Shown here: one piece after another, positions 17,215 to 26,631 of the stretch
Numbering within the stretch: the stretch's first letter is position 1
How the letters are laid out: each line of letters opens with the position of its first letter
Source: Deltaproteobacteria bacterium
GTDB lineage: Bacteria > SAR324 > NAC60-12
Length of the DNA: 64,000 nucleotides
Direction: 5' to 3'
Assembly: GCA_038133845.1 (NCBI GenBank)
Contig: JAYPUA010000004.1
Location: 16,971-80,970 of the forward strand
Position numbers and translations under genes: made by a program
Notes under the pieces: model-generated
What the model saw: only the letters and a program-made list of their open reading frames with translations
What the model was told of the DNA's origin: nothing
The model's database searches: none

Positions 17215-18780
17215 ATGATGAAAAAAGCTTTCCAGCGGCTGCTGCTTGCGAGCGCAGCCTTGCTCAGCTTTGGGCCGATGGCACACGCTGCTACCCCAAA
17301 GGACGTCCTGGTGGTCGCCCAGATCGCTGAACCGAAGTCCATGGATCCGCACACGGTCACGGCCGTGAACGACTTCCGAATCCTGATGAACGTGTATGAC
17401 GGACTGGTTCGCTATCGCAGCGGAACCCTGGAGGTCGAGCCCGGACTCGCCGAGTCCTGGGAGATCAGTGATGATGGCCGAGTATATACGTTCTCCCTGC
17501 GCCGCGGGATTCAGTTCCACGACGGCACCCCGTTCAACGCGGAGGCTGTCAAGTTCAACTTTGATCGGATGTTGGTCAAGGACCACCCCTTCGCAGAAAC
17601 CGGGCCATTTCCGCTCTCGTTCTTCTTCTCCGCCATCAAGGAGACCACGGTTGTCGATGAGCACACGGTGCGGTTCCGCATGGACGACCCGTACGCCCCG
17701 CTGCTCTCCAACCTGGCTTACCCGACAGGCCTGATCCTCTCTCCGGCCGCAGTGCGCAAGCACGGCAAGGACGTTGGGCGGAATCCCGCAGGAACCGGGC
17801 CGTTTCGCTTCCGGGAATGGAAGAGCAACCAGCATGTGATCCTGGACCGCAACGACAACTACTGGGACGGACGTCCCGGACTGAAGTCCGTGGTCTTCCG
17901 CCCGATCACCGACGCGAACACCCGGGTCGCCGAGATGCTTTCCGGTGGCATCGACCTGATGGTCGAAGTTCCTCCGGACAATGTGGCCACCTTCGCCTCA
18001 AACAGCAAATACGCTCTGCACGAGCAGGCCGGACCGCACCTCTGGTTCCTGATCCTCAACCTCAAGGAGGGCCCGCTGCAGGACAAGCGCGTGCGCCAAG
18101 CGCTGAACTATGCCATCGACAAGAAGGCCCTCGTGGAGAACGTGCTTCAGAACACCGCCACGGTCGCCAGTGGCCCGACGCCTGCCGCGTTCTCCTGGGC
18201 CTACAACGACTCGCTCCAGCCCTACCCGCATGATCCGGGCAAGGCTCGAGAGTTGATCCGAGCCGCAGGTGCCGAGGGCGCCACGCTGACCTTCTACGTC
18301 ACCGAGGGCGGCTCCGGGATGCTGGATCCGATCCCGATGGGCACCGCGATTCAGGCGGACCTGAAGGCCGTCGGCCTGAACGTAAAGATCGAGACCTACG
18401 AGTGGAACACCTTCCTGGGCAAGGTGAACCCGGGGCTTGCCGGAAAGGCCGACATGGCCGAGATGGCGTGGATGACGAATGATCCGGACACCCTGCCCTT
18501 CCTCGCCCTGCGCACCGCAGCCTGGCCGGATCAAGGCGGATTCAACTCCGGCTACTACTCGAATCCTCAGGTGGACGAGTTGCTGGAGCAGGCTCGGGTG
18601 AGCACCAGTCAGACCGTTCGTGCCGCGCTCTACAAGGAGATGCAGCGGATCGTGTACGAAGACGCACCGTGGGTTTTCGTGGCCAACTGGAAACAGAACG
18701 CGGTCACCGGAAGCAGCGTGCAAAACTTCGGGCTGGAGCCTTCCTTCCTGCTGTTGCTTCACAAAGTCAGCAAGAACTGA
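17215..18780 (+). CDS. ABC transporter substrate-binding protein, family 5 (DppA/OppA-like).
   Basis: Signal peptide MMKKAFQRLLLASAALLSFGPMAHA. GGAG lies 6 nt upstream of the ATG at 17215. The product is about 520 aa with the SBP_bac_5 architecture. Confidence 0.85.
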   Translation: MMKKAFQRLLLASAALLSFGPMAHAATPKDVLVVAQIAEPKSMDPHTVTAVNDFRILMNVYDGLVRYRSGTLEVEPGLAESWEISDDGRVYTFSLRRGIQFHDGTPFNAEAVKFNFDRMLVKDHPFAETGPFPLSFFFSAIKETTVVDEHTVRFRMDDPYAPLLSNLAYPTGLILSPAAVRKHGKDVGRNPAGTGPFRFREWKSNQHVILDRNDNYWDGRPGLKSVVFRPITDANTRVAEMLSGGIDLMVEVPPDNVATFASNSKYALHEQAGPHLWFLILNLKEGPLQDKRVRQALNYAIDKKALVENVLQNTATVASGPTPAAFSWAYNDSLQPYPHDPGKARELIRAAGAEGATLTFYVTEGGSGMLDPIPMGTAIQADLKAVGLNVKIETYEWNTFLGKVNPGLAGKADMAEMAWMTNDPDTLPFLALRTAAWPDQGGFNSGYYSNPQVDELLEQARVSTSQTVRAALYKEMQRIVYEDAPWVFVANWKQNAVTGSSVQNFGLEPSFLLLLHKVSKN

Positions 18781-18844
18781 CTGGTCCTCCGGAGGCTCCT
18801 CTCTCCGAGGACCTCCGGATTTTTCCCCAGGACTCCCTCTGCCC

Positions 18845-19801
18845 ATGCTGCGCTACACGCTTCATCGCCTGCTGTTGACCCTCCCGGTGCTCTTCGGCAT
18901 CTCCGTGGTGGTCTTCCTGATCATGGCGCTGATTCCCGGAGATCCGGCCACCGCAATTCTTGGAGCGTTTGCCACTCCGGAGAACGCGGCAAAACTGCGT
19001 GCGGAGCTGGGGCTGGATCGTCCGCTGGTGGAGCAGTACTTCACCTGGGCCGGGAACCTGCTTTCCGGAGACTTCGGGCGCAGCTATGCCCTCAACCGTC
19101 CGGTGCTGGACGAGCTGCTGGAGCGGCTCGGCCCAACCCTCTTGCTGGCCGGATCTGCACTCCTGCTCTGTGTGATGCTGGGAGTGGTCTCTGGACTGCT
19201 GGCAGCAGTGAAGCAATACACCTGGGTCGATCAGGCCCTGACGCTGTTCACGCTGCTGGGCATCTCGGCGCCTTCGTTCTGGCTGGGGCTGATGGCGGTG
19301 TCCTTGTTTGCCGTCCAGTGGGGCTGGCTCCCAGCAAGCGGGATGTACACCCCATATGGAGATGAGAGCTTCTCCGATCTCTTTCAGCATCTGCTGATGC
19401 CTGCCGTGACGCTGGGGCTTGTGGCCTCCAGCGTGATCGCCCGCTTGACCCGAACGAGCATGCTGGAGCAGCTCCGTCAGGACTACGTCCGGACTGCCCG
19501 GGCCAAGGGAGAGCGCGAAACGGCAGTGGTGCTCAAGCACGCCTTCCGGAACGCGCTGGTTGGCCTGGTTCCTGTTCTGGGGCTGCAGGCCGGCTTTGTG
19601 CTGGGCGGCGCCGTCTACATCGAAACGGTTTTTCAGTGGCCAGGCATTGGGCGGATGCTGGTCAACGCGATCTCGACCCGCGACATCCTGCTCGTTCAGG
19701 GCGGAGTGATGATGGTCGCAACACTCTACGTGCTGCTCAACCTTTTGGCCGATCTGCTTCAGCATGCGCTCGACCCTCGCATTCAGCAAGGCCATGCCTG
19801 A
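18845..19801 (+). CDS. ABC transporter permease (DppB/OppB-like).
   Basis: MLRYTLHRLLLTLPVLFGISVVVFLIMALIPGDPA is a canonical DppB N-terminus. Confidence 0.85.
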   Translation: MLRYTLHRLLLTLPVLFGISVVVFLIMALIPGDPATAILGAFATPENAAKLRAELGLDRPLVEQYFTWAGNLLSGDFGRSYALNRPVLDELLERLGPTLLLAGSALLLCVMLGVVSGLLAAVKQYTWVDQALTLFTLLGISAPSFWLGLMAVSLFAVQWGWLPASGMYTPYGDESFSDLFQHLLMPAVTLGLVASSVIARLTRTSMLEQLRQDYVRTARAKGERETAVVLKHAFRNALVGLVPVLGLQAGFVLGGAVYIETVFQWPGIGRMLVNAISTRDILLVQGGVMMVATLYVLLNLLADLLQHALDPRIQQGHA

Positions 19802-21713
19802 GGGTTCCTCTCCTGCCCGGGAGTTCTGGCAGCGGCTGAACCGCAACCGGCTGAGCACCTTTGGCCTGATCATGCTCGCCCTGTTCGGAGTCCTGTGCCT
19901 GCTGACGCCTTGGCTCTCCCTCCCTGATCCGGATGCGACCAATCTGGCCAACCGCCTCAAACCCCCGCTGCATCCCGAGCACTGGCTTGGAACGGACGAG
20001 TTGGGCAGAGACCTGCTCTCCCGCCTGCTCTGGGGAACCCGGGTCAGCTTGGCCGTCGGCTTTGTCGCGACCTTCGCGGCGGCCGTGATTGGCAGCACCA
20101 TTGGGCTGGTTTCCGGCTACTTTCAAGGCTGGGTCGACAGCCTGCTGATGCGCGTGGTGGACACCCTGATGGCCTTCCCGTACATGCTGCTGGCGCTGGC
20201 GATTGTCGCTGCGTTTGGTCCGGGACTGCTCAACGCTCTGCTGGCGATCGCCATTGTCAACGTCCCGTTCTTCGCACGAACCATCCGCGGCGCAACGGTC
20301 TCTCTGGCAAGGCGGGAGTTCGTGCTCGCCGCACGCCTGGGCGGTGCCAGTCATGCCGAGGTGCTGTGGCGGGAGCTGCTTCCCAACATCCTTCCGGTGA
20401 TTGTGGTCACGATCTCCACCACAGCAGGCTGGATGATTTTGGAAACTGCCGGGCTGAGCTTTCTTGGGCTCGGGGCCCAGCCTCCCACTGCAGACCTCGG
20501 TTCCATGCTTGGAGAAGGGCGCAAGCTGCTCTTCACCGCACCACACGTTTCAACCATTCCGGGGCTGGTGATCCTGGTGCTGGTGATTTCCCTGAACCTG
20601 CTCGGAGATGGAGTCCGGGATGTGCTGGATCCCCGCCTGCGGGGAGGGGCACTACGGAGCCCTCAGGCACGCACGGAAATTCAGCGAAACGCTTCCCCCA
20701 AGCCGGGGAACGCGGACTCCGGGAAGCTGGTTGTCCGGAGCCTGACCACGGAGCTGCTGCAGCATGGGAAGGGACAGCCTCTGGTGCGCGGGGTGGACTT
20801 TGCGTTGAGACCAGGAGAATGCCTGGGCCTGGTAGGCGAATCCGGATGCGGGAAGTCGGTGACCGCGCTGTCTCTCTCGGCGCTGGCGGCTTCGCCTCCG
20901 CTGCGGATTACCTCCGGAGTGGTGGAACTGGAAGGGCAGGATCTGCTGGGGCTCCCGCTTTCGTTGCTGCAGGACCTGCGGGGCAAGCGTGTGTCCTACA
21001 TCTTCCAGGACCCGTTGGCCACGCTGAATCCGGTGCTGACCATTGGCGAGCAGCTACTGCAGGTCATCCGGCGGCACCAGCCCGTCACCGAGGCTCAGGC
21101 CCGAACTCAGGCGCTGGAGTTGCTGCGCCAAGTCCGCATTCCTTTCCCGGAATCTCGCCTGAGCGCTTACCCACACCAGCTCTCTGGAGGCATGCGACAG
21201 CGTGTGTGCATTGCGATTGCGCTGGCCAACCGTCCGGATGTGCTGATTGCCGATGAACCCACAACGGCGCTGGACGTCACCATTCAGGCGGAGATCCTCG
21301 CGCTGCTGAATGAGCTGCGTCGCGACTCCTCAAGTCCGGAGCGCCAAGGTACCTCCGGACTCTCGGTGCTGTTCATAACACACGACCTGGGGGTGGTCTC
21401 CACGCTGTGTGAACGGGTCGCCGTGATGTACGCCGGAGAAATCGTGGAGCTTGGAGAGACGCACTCGGTGCTGGAGGCTCCGGAGCATCCGTACACCCAG
21501 GCACTGCTCCGCTGCACCCCACGTCTTGGCTCGGGAGATCGGCTCTCTGGAGGAATTCCCGGAACCCCTCCAACTCCTGGCGCCTTCCCAAGCGGGTGTG
21601 GCTTTGCCACGCGCTGCGAGCGGGCCTCCGCTCAATGCGAACGTCCGGTCACCTTGCGCACCATGGTCTCCGGAAGGCAGGTGCGCTGTGTCCTCGCGGA
21701 GGAGCATGCCTGA
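19795..21713 (+). CDS. Fused ABC permease (DppC-like) and ATP-binding domain (DppD-like).
   Basis: The N-terminal ~300 aa have the DppC motif [17 protein letters not shown]. The C-terminal ~330 aa have Walker A GESGCGKS, signature LSGGMRQRV and Walker [12 protein letters not shown]. The ATG overlaps the dppB-like stop. Confidence 0.8.
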
Positions 21714-22674
21714 CGCTCTTCTTGAGCTGGAGCAGGTGAGCAAGGAGTTTGTGCTCCACCGCAGCGGCTGGACCCAGCGGGCGACCACCTTCCGTGCTGT
21801 CAACCAGGTGAGCTGGAAGGTGCATCCGGGAGAGGCGCTGGGAGTTGTGGGAGAGTCCGGGTGCGGGAAGTCGACGGTGGCCCGCATGGCGGTTGGCCTG
21901 GAGCCGCCGACCTCCGGAACGATCCGCTTCAAGGGGAAGCCGCTGTCCACATGGCTTGAGCAGGATCCGCAGACGCTGCGACGCTCCGTGCAGATGGTCT
22001 TTCAGGATCCGGCTGGCTCGCTCAACCCGCGCCAGCGCATTCGAGAGATCCTGGATCTGCAGCTCAAACGGTTGACGCGCTTGGGCCCGGAGCAGCGCCG
22101 CCAGCGCATCCGAGAAGTGCTGCAGCAGGTACAGCTCCCGGAGTCGACACTGGAGCGCTTCCCGCACGAATTCTCCGGAGGTCAGGCGCAACGGATCAGC
22201 ATCGCACGGGCGCTGGTCTCCTTGCCGGAGCTGCTGCTGCTCGATGAGCCGGTTTCGGCGCTGGATGTCTCGGTGCAGGCTCAGATTCTGCTGCTGCTGG
22301 AGAACATGCGGCAGGAGCTTGGAGTCGCTTACGTCTTCATCAGCCATGACCTGGCGGTGGTGGAACAGTTGTGTCCGAACACGGTCGTCATGTATGCCGG
22401 TGCCGTCGCCGAACAAGGCCCCACGGAGCGGCTCTTTCGACACCGCCGTCACCCGTACACGGACCTGTTGGTCCGCAGCGTGCCGGTCCCGGGGACCCCG
22501 CTTCAGCTGAAAACCCAGGGTTCCGGCGAGGTTGAGGTCTTGCCCGGATGCTCGTTTCGCAACCGCTGTCCCCGGGCTTCGGAGACCTGTGCTCAGGTTC
22601 CGGAGCTACAGCCGGTTTCCGAAACATCCCCGCACTTATCTGCCTGCCACTATCCACTTGACGAGGACGTGTGA
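21706..22674 (+). CDS. ABC transporter ATP-binding protein (DppF/OppF-like).
   Basis: Walker [10 protein letters not shown], signature FSGGQAQRI and Walker B LLLDEPVSALD. Confidence 0.85.
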   Translation: MPDALLELEQVSKEFVLHRSGWTQRATTFRAVNQVSWKVHPGEALGVVGESGCGKSTVARMAVGLEPPTSGTIRFKGKPLSTWLEQDPQTLRRSVQMVFQDPAGSLNPRQRIREILDLQLKRLTRLGPEQRRQRIREVLQQVQLPESTLERFPHEFSGGQAQRISIARALVSLPELLLLDEPVSALDVSVQAQILLLLENMRQELGVAYVFISHDLAVVEQLCPNTVVMYAGAVAEQGPTERLFRHRRHPYTDLLVRSVPVPGTPLQLKTQGSGEVEVLPGCSFRNRCPRASETCAQVPELQPVSETSPHLSACHYPLDEDV

Positions 22675-23717
22675 ACCAATCGGACTCCTTTCTGCTGGAA
22701 ACGCTCAGGGAGCTGATGCGTATCCCCAGCCCGAGCGGTCGGACCGAGGAGGTCGCTGCCTGGACCTCGGAGCTGCTCCGGAGCTGGGGGCTGTCTCCGG
22801 AGCCGACGCGTCGGGGGGCGCTCAAGCTGCGGCTTCCCGGAGCCGACGCCACACGTGCTCGCGCCCTGACGTCGCACTTGGACACGCTCGGGGCGATGGT
22901 CCGGCATCTCAAGGACAACGGACGCTGTGCCCTGGCCTCCGTCGGCACCTGGTCCAGTCGTTTTGCCGAAGGCGCCCGCGTCACGCTGCACACGGACTCC
23001 GGAGATCTCCGGGGGACGATCCTGCCGCTGCTGGCCTCAGGACACGCCTACAACGAGAAGGTCGATCAGCAGCCTGTGAGCTGGGATCAGTTGGAATTGC
23101 GTATCGATGAACGCTGCGACAGCCGCTCAGACCTGCAGACCCTGGGGGTGCAGCCCGGAGACTTTGTCTCCGTCGACACCGGGACGGAGGTCCTGGAGAA
23201 CGGATTCATCTTCTCGCGGCACCTTGATGACAAGGCCGGAGTAGCGGCGATGCTGAATGCGATCCGGCAAATTGTGCAGGAGCAGTGTCCCCTCCCCTGC
23301 ACCACCGACCTCATCTTCACAGTCCGTGAGGAGCTGGGAGACGGAGGAGCCGCGGTGCTCACCCCAGAAGTCTGGGAATTGGTCACCATTGACAACGGCG
23401 TGCAGGCCGGGACCCAACACTCTCGGGAGTTTGGCGTCACCCTGGCCATGGGAGACAAGACGGGGCCCTTCGACCGGAGGCTGATCCGGCATCTGGAGCA
23501 GCTCTGCCGTGAGCACGGCCTGGCGCATCAGCGCGACCTCTTCCGGCACTACCGCTCGGACCTCGCCGCTGCCGTTGAGGCCGGATATGACGTCCGGACC
23601 GCCCTGATCGCCATCGGGCTGGACGGAAGCCACGGGCACGAACGCACCCACCTGGATGCGATCCGAACCGCCTCAGAACTGGCCCGGCTGTACCTGCTTT
23701 CTCCTCTGCTGGACTGA
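22671..23717 (+). CDS. M42 family metallopeptidase (glutamyl-aminopeptidase / CelM-like).
   Basis: GTG start overlaps the dppF-like stop. Motifs SHLDTLGAMV and HLDDKAGVAAM are present, with M42 architecture. Confidence 0.75.
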   Translation: MNQSDSFLLETLRELMRIPSPSGRTEEVAAWTSELLRSWGLSPEPTRRGALKLRLPGADATRARALTSHLDTLGAMVRHLKDNGRCALASVGTWSSRFAEGARVTLHTDSGDLRGTILPLLASGHAYNEKVDQQPVSWDQLELRIDERCDSRSDLQTLGVQPGDFVSVDTGTEVLENGFIFSRHLDDKAGVAAMLNAIRQIVQEQCPLPCTTDLIFTVREELGDGGAAVLTPEVWELVTIDNGVQAGTQHSREFGVTLAMGDKTGPFDRRLIRHLEQLCREHGLAHQRDLFRHYRSDLAAAVEAGYDVRTALIAIGLDGSHGHERTHLDAIRTASELARLYLLSPLLD

Positions 23718-23723
23718 GTTCGC

Positions 23724-24953
23724 ATGCTGAGAATCGACGGATCCCGCCTCTGGCGCAGTTTGATGGAACTGGCTCAAATCGGCGCAACTCCTGAAGGAGG
23801 GGTCGCCCGTGTTGCGCTCAGTGAGGAGGACCGTCAGGCGCGAGACCTCCTCCGGAAATGGGCCGAGCCGCTTGTGGATGAGGTTCATGTGGACGAGGTC
23901 GGGAACCTGTTCTTCCTCCGCCATGGGCTGGACCCGGAAGCCCCAATGGTTCTCACCGGCAGCCACCTGGATACCCAGATTCACGGAGGGCGCTTTGACG
24001 GCGCCTTTGGGGTCATGGCCGGCCTGGAGGTGCTCCAGACTCTGGCCGATGCAAAGCGCCGTCTCTCCTGTGGGGTGGGGCTGGTTTGCTGGACCAACGA
24101 GGAAGAGGCCCGCTACTGTCCCGCAATGGGGTCGGCGGTGTTTGTAGGCAAGCAGGATCCGGAGACCGCCTGGGCCTGCATCGGGACGGATGGCAGCGTC
24201 TTTGGAGAGCAGCTGGAACACATCGGATATCGTGGATCGCGGTGGCCGCTGAGGATTCACTCTTACTTGGAAGCCCACATCGAGCAAGGTCCGGTGCTTG
24301 AGCAGGAGGGGCTGGAGGTCGGGGTGGTCACCGGAGCACAGGGCCAGGTCGCCCTGGATGTTGAAATTCATGGTGAGGCCGGACACTCCGGAACCGTCCC
24401 CATGCCCCTGCGTCATGATGCAATGGCCTGTGCCACCGAGGCAACCCAGGCCTGCCGTCACCTGGTTCTGCAGGAGGGGCGGGGAGTCTTCACAGTCGGC
24501 TTCTTCACCATGGAGCCCAATTCCCGTACGACCATCCCCAACCAGGTCCGCCTGGGCATCGACCTGCGTCACCCGGATTCGTCCTCGCTCGACCAGCTCA
24601 AGGCAGAGCTGACTTGCACCCTTCAGGAGATCGCCCAGACCCACGGATGCCGGCTGGAAGTCCGTGTGCTGTTCCAGAAGGAGCCCGTGGTGTTTGACAC
24701 GCGCTGCATTCAGGCGGTTCAGATTGCAACGGATCAGCTCCAGTACTCCTCACGCACCATGGCCTCCGGAGCGTTCCACGACGCCTGCCTGGTCGCCACA
24801 ATTGCCCCCACCGGAATGATCTTTGTTCCCAGCCAGCACGGAATCAGTCATAATCCCACAGAATACTCTTCGCCTGAACAGTTGGAGCGCGGGGGCAACG
24901 TTCTGTTGCACGCGCTCCTGCAACTCGCCGAGAGCATTCCCAATACGTCATGA
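23724..24953 (+). CDS. M20 family amidohydrolase (allantoate amidohydrolase / N-carbamoyl-L-amino-acid hydrolase-like).
   Basis: GSHLDTQIHGGRFDG and WTNEEEARY motifs; about 410 aa. Confidence 0.75.
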   Translation: MLRIDGSRLWRSLMELAQIGATPEGGVARVALSEEDRQARDLLRKWAEPLVDEVHVDEVGNLFFLRHGLDPEAPMVLTGSHLDTQIHGGRFDGAFGVMAGLEVLQTLADAKRRLSCGVGLVCWTNEEEARYCPAMGSAVFVGKQDPETAWACIGTDGSVFGEQLEHIGYRGSRWPLRIHSYLEAHIEQGPVLEQEGLEVGVVTGAQGQVALDVEIHGEAGHSGTVPMPLRHDAMACATEATQACRHLVLQEGRGVFTVGFFTMEPNSRTTIPNQVRLGIDLRHPDSSSLDQLKAELTCTLQEIAQTHGCRLEVRVLFQKEPVVFDTRCIQAVQIATDQLQYSSRTMASGAFHDACLVATIAPTGMIFVPSQHGISHNPTEYSSPEQLERGGNVLLHALLQLAESIPNTS

Positions 24954-25690
24954 CTGAAGACCTCTCGAAGAACTCGCGCAAGCGCTCGGACCTGGTTGCC
25001 GAGCAAATCAAGGAAGACATCATCACCAAGCGGCTCCCTCCGGGAGAGCGGCTGTCTGATGAGAAGGACTTCCTGAAGACCTACCGAGTGAGCAAGGGGA
25101 CCATGCGGGAAGCCTTGAAGGCTCTGGAAGTGCAGGGGCTGGTCAATATTCGCACCGGGCCTGGAGGAGGAGCCTCGGTCTCTCGAGTGAGTGCCGAGAA
25201 GGCCAACGAGTTGCTCTGGAACTACTTCTTCTCCCGGAATGTCTCCATCGAGGACATCTACGCTGTCCGCAAACTGGTCGAACCGGAACTGGCGGCCAAC
25301 GTTGCGCAGCACCTTGACGAAGAAGACCTCGCGCTCCTGGAGCAGTCCGTCGGACACTGCTCGATCAAGGGTTTTGAGTCCAACGACCGGGCCCAGCGGA
25401 TTCAGGAACTCGACTTCCACCTCGTCCTTGCAGACGCCTGTCCGAACCCGGTCCTTTCCTTCTTTGCCAAGTTCATCCTCAGCCTGCTCGCCCGGATCAT
25501 CATCCATGAGGACATGACTCCGGATCCGCAGATCAGCGAGCGCCACAGCCAGCAAGGGCTGGACTACCATCAGGCCCTTCTCCAGGCATTCCGGGCCCGC
25601 GACCCGGAAAGTGCCCGGCAGGTCATGATCGAACACATGGAGGCTGCCGAGTCTTTCATGCTGCAAAATTACTACTCCCCTGCTCGCTGA
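24950..25690 (+). CDS. GntR-family transcriptional regulator, FadR/FCD subfamily.
   Basis: N-terminal wHTH (LPPGERLSDEKDFLKTYRVSKGTMREALKALEVQGLV) plus a C-terminal FCD domain. The start overlaps the M20 stop (ATGA). Confidence 0.85.
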   Translation: MTEDLSKNSRKRSDLVAEQIKEDIITKRLPPGERLSDEKDFLKTYRVSKGTMREALKALEVQGLVNIRTGPGGGASVSRVSAEKANELLWNYFFSRNVSIEDIYAVRKLVEPELAANVAQHLDEEDLALLEQSVGHCSIKGFESNDRAQRIQELDFHLVLADACPNPVLSFFAKFILSLLARIIIHEDMTPDPQISERHSQQGLDYHQALLQAFRARDPESARQVMIEHMEAAESFMLQNYYSPAR

Positions 25691-25769
25691 TTTTGGTTGT
25701 TCCCCTGAGGTCAGGCTGAAACCCCGATCTGGCGCTATTTTATTTAAAATTAGCAAAATCAGTATTTTA

Positions 25770-25861
25770 TTGATTTTGTCCCTAATTTTCCGTCAGGTTT
25801 TGATTTTTATAAAATACTGATATAATTATAAATTAATCACTGGACCTGAATTATTACAAGG
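25770..25861. promoter_or_regulatory. AT-rich promoter module A, paralogous to module B at 26460-26577.
   Basis: It shares the blocks TTGATT, AATTTYCCGTSAGTTTT, TTTGATTTTTA and ATTAWTCACT...TGAA...CAAAGG with the second module. It also contains the inverted repeat ATCAGTATTTTAT / ATAAAATACTGAT. Confidence 0.4.
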
Positions 25862-26043
25862 CGATGTTTGACGAAGCCCAGAGACTTTGGTCTGATTAAG
25901 CCGAGCTTGGAAACACCAAGGTGAGCCTTGCCCACCCGGTAGCAACATCAAAGACGAGGCCTTGATGTTTTCAGGTTCGTACAACTTCAAGTTTGATGCT
26001 CCGACCTCGGAGCCTGTCTGCAAACCTCATTTCGAGCGGAACT

Positions 26044-26283
26044 ATGAGATCTCACTTCAACCGCATTCCTCTTGAGCAAAAGATGAAGTACTACCCGGAG
26101 CAGGCCGCTCCGACCAGCGAGGACATCAACGCAGCCATGAGCGAATTCCTGGTCAGGGGAGGTACCATTCAGCGTATGAGCAACCACGAAGTTGCCAACG
26201 TATACCAGCGCAAGGCCTACAGCCGGAATGGGATGCTCCCATTGATGGACGACGACATGGACTTCTTCAACGACTTCACCTGA
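26044..26283 (+). CDS. Small hypothetical protein (~79 aa), Cys-free, with an acidic C-terminus.
   Basis: ATG at 26044 (MRSHFNRIPLEQKMKYYPEQ...DDDMDFFNDFT). It is flanked on both sides by AT-rich intergenic regions. No family recognised. Confidence 0.4.
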   Translation: MRSHFNRIPLEQKMKYYPEQAAPTSEDINAAMSEFLVRGGTIQRMSNHEVANVYQRKAYSRNGMLPLMDDDMDFFNDFT

Positions 26284-26459
26284 CCTCCCTGCCAAGCCCG
26301 GACTCCTGAGCTTCTCGGCCTCCAAACAGCCTGGGAGTCCTGCCCTTCTTCCCTTGAAGTCCCCCGCCCTCTGTTGATGAGCCAAACCGGGGCCTTCCCC
26401 CTTGTTTGTTTTTGACAAAGTAACCTCCCGCTACGAGACATTTTTCATAAAAATTATTT

Positions 26460-26577
26460 TTTGATTAAATTTCCCGTGAGTTTTCCCTCATCCTCCTTGT
26501 TCGATAAATTGGAAATTTTTTGATTTTTAGTAAATTTATTTGATTTAATCAAAATTATTCACTAAATTGAACAAAGG
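26460..26577. promoter_or_regulatory. AT-rich promoter module B, upstream of the rhodanese-YeeE operon. Paralogous to module A.
   Basis: Same conserved blocks as module A, plus the near-palindrome TTGATTTAATCAA. Confidence 0.4.
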
Positions 26578-26631
26578 TTCGCTCCGGTTGTTCCGGGGCA
26601 AGGTTTCCAACCCTCGTTGAGAGAGATTGTG

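Noticed and set aside
18767-20101. A 444-aa antisense ORF across the dppB/dppC region. Similar long antisense ORFs occur at 17998-18846, 19737-20546, 21330-21950, 21649-22452, 30272-31498, 32107-33168, 35157-36089, 36378-37280, 44776-45888, 46121-46927, 47805-48803, 58484-59701 and 61977-63551.
   Set aside because: All lie opposite well-supported genes. They have Arg/Pro/Gly-rich compositions characteristic of the GC-rich third-position strand, and no recognisable motifs.
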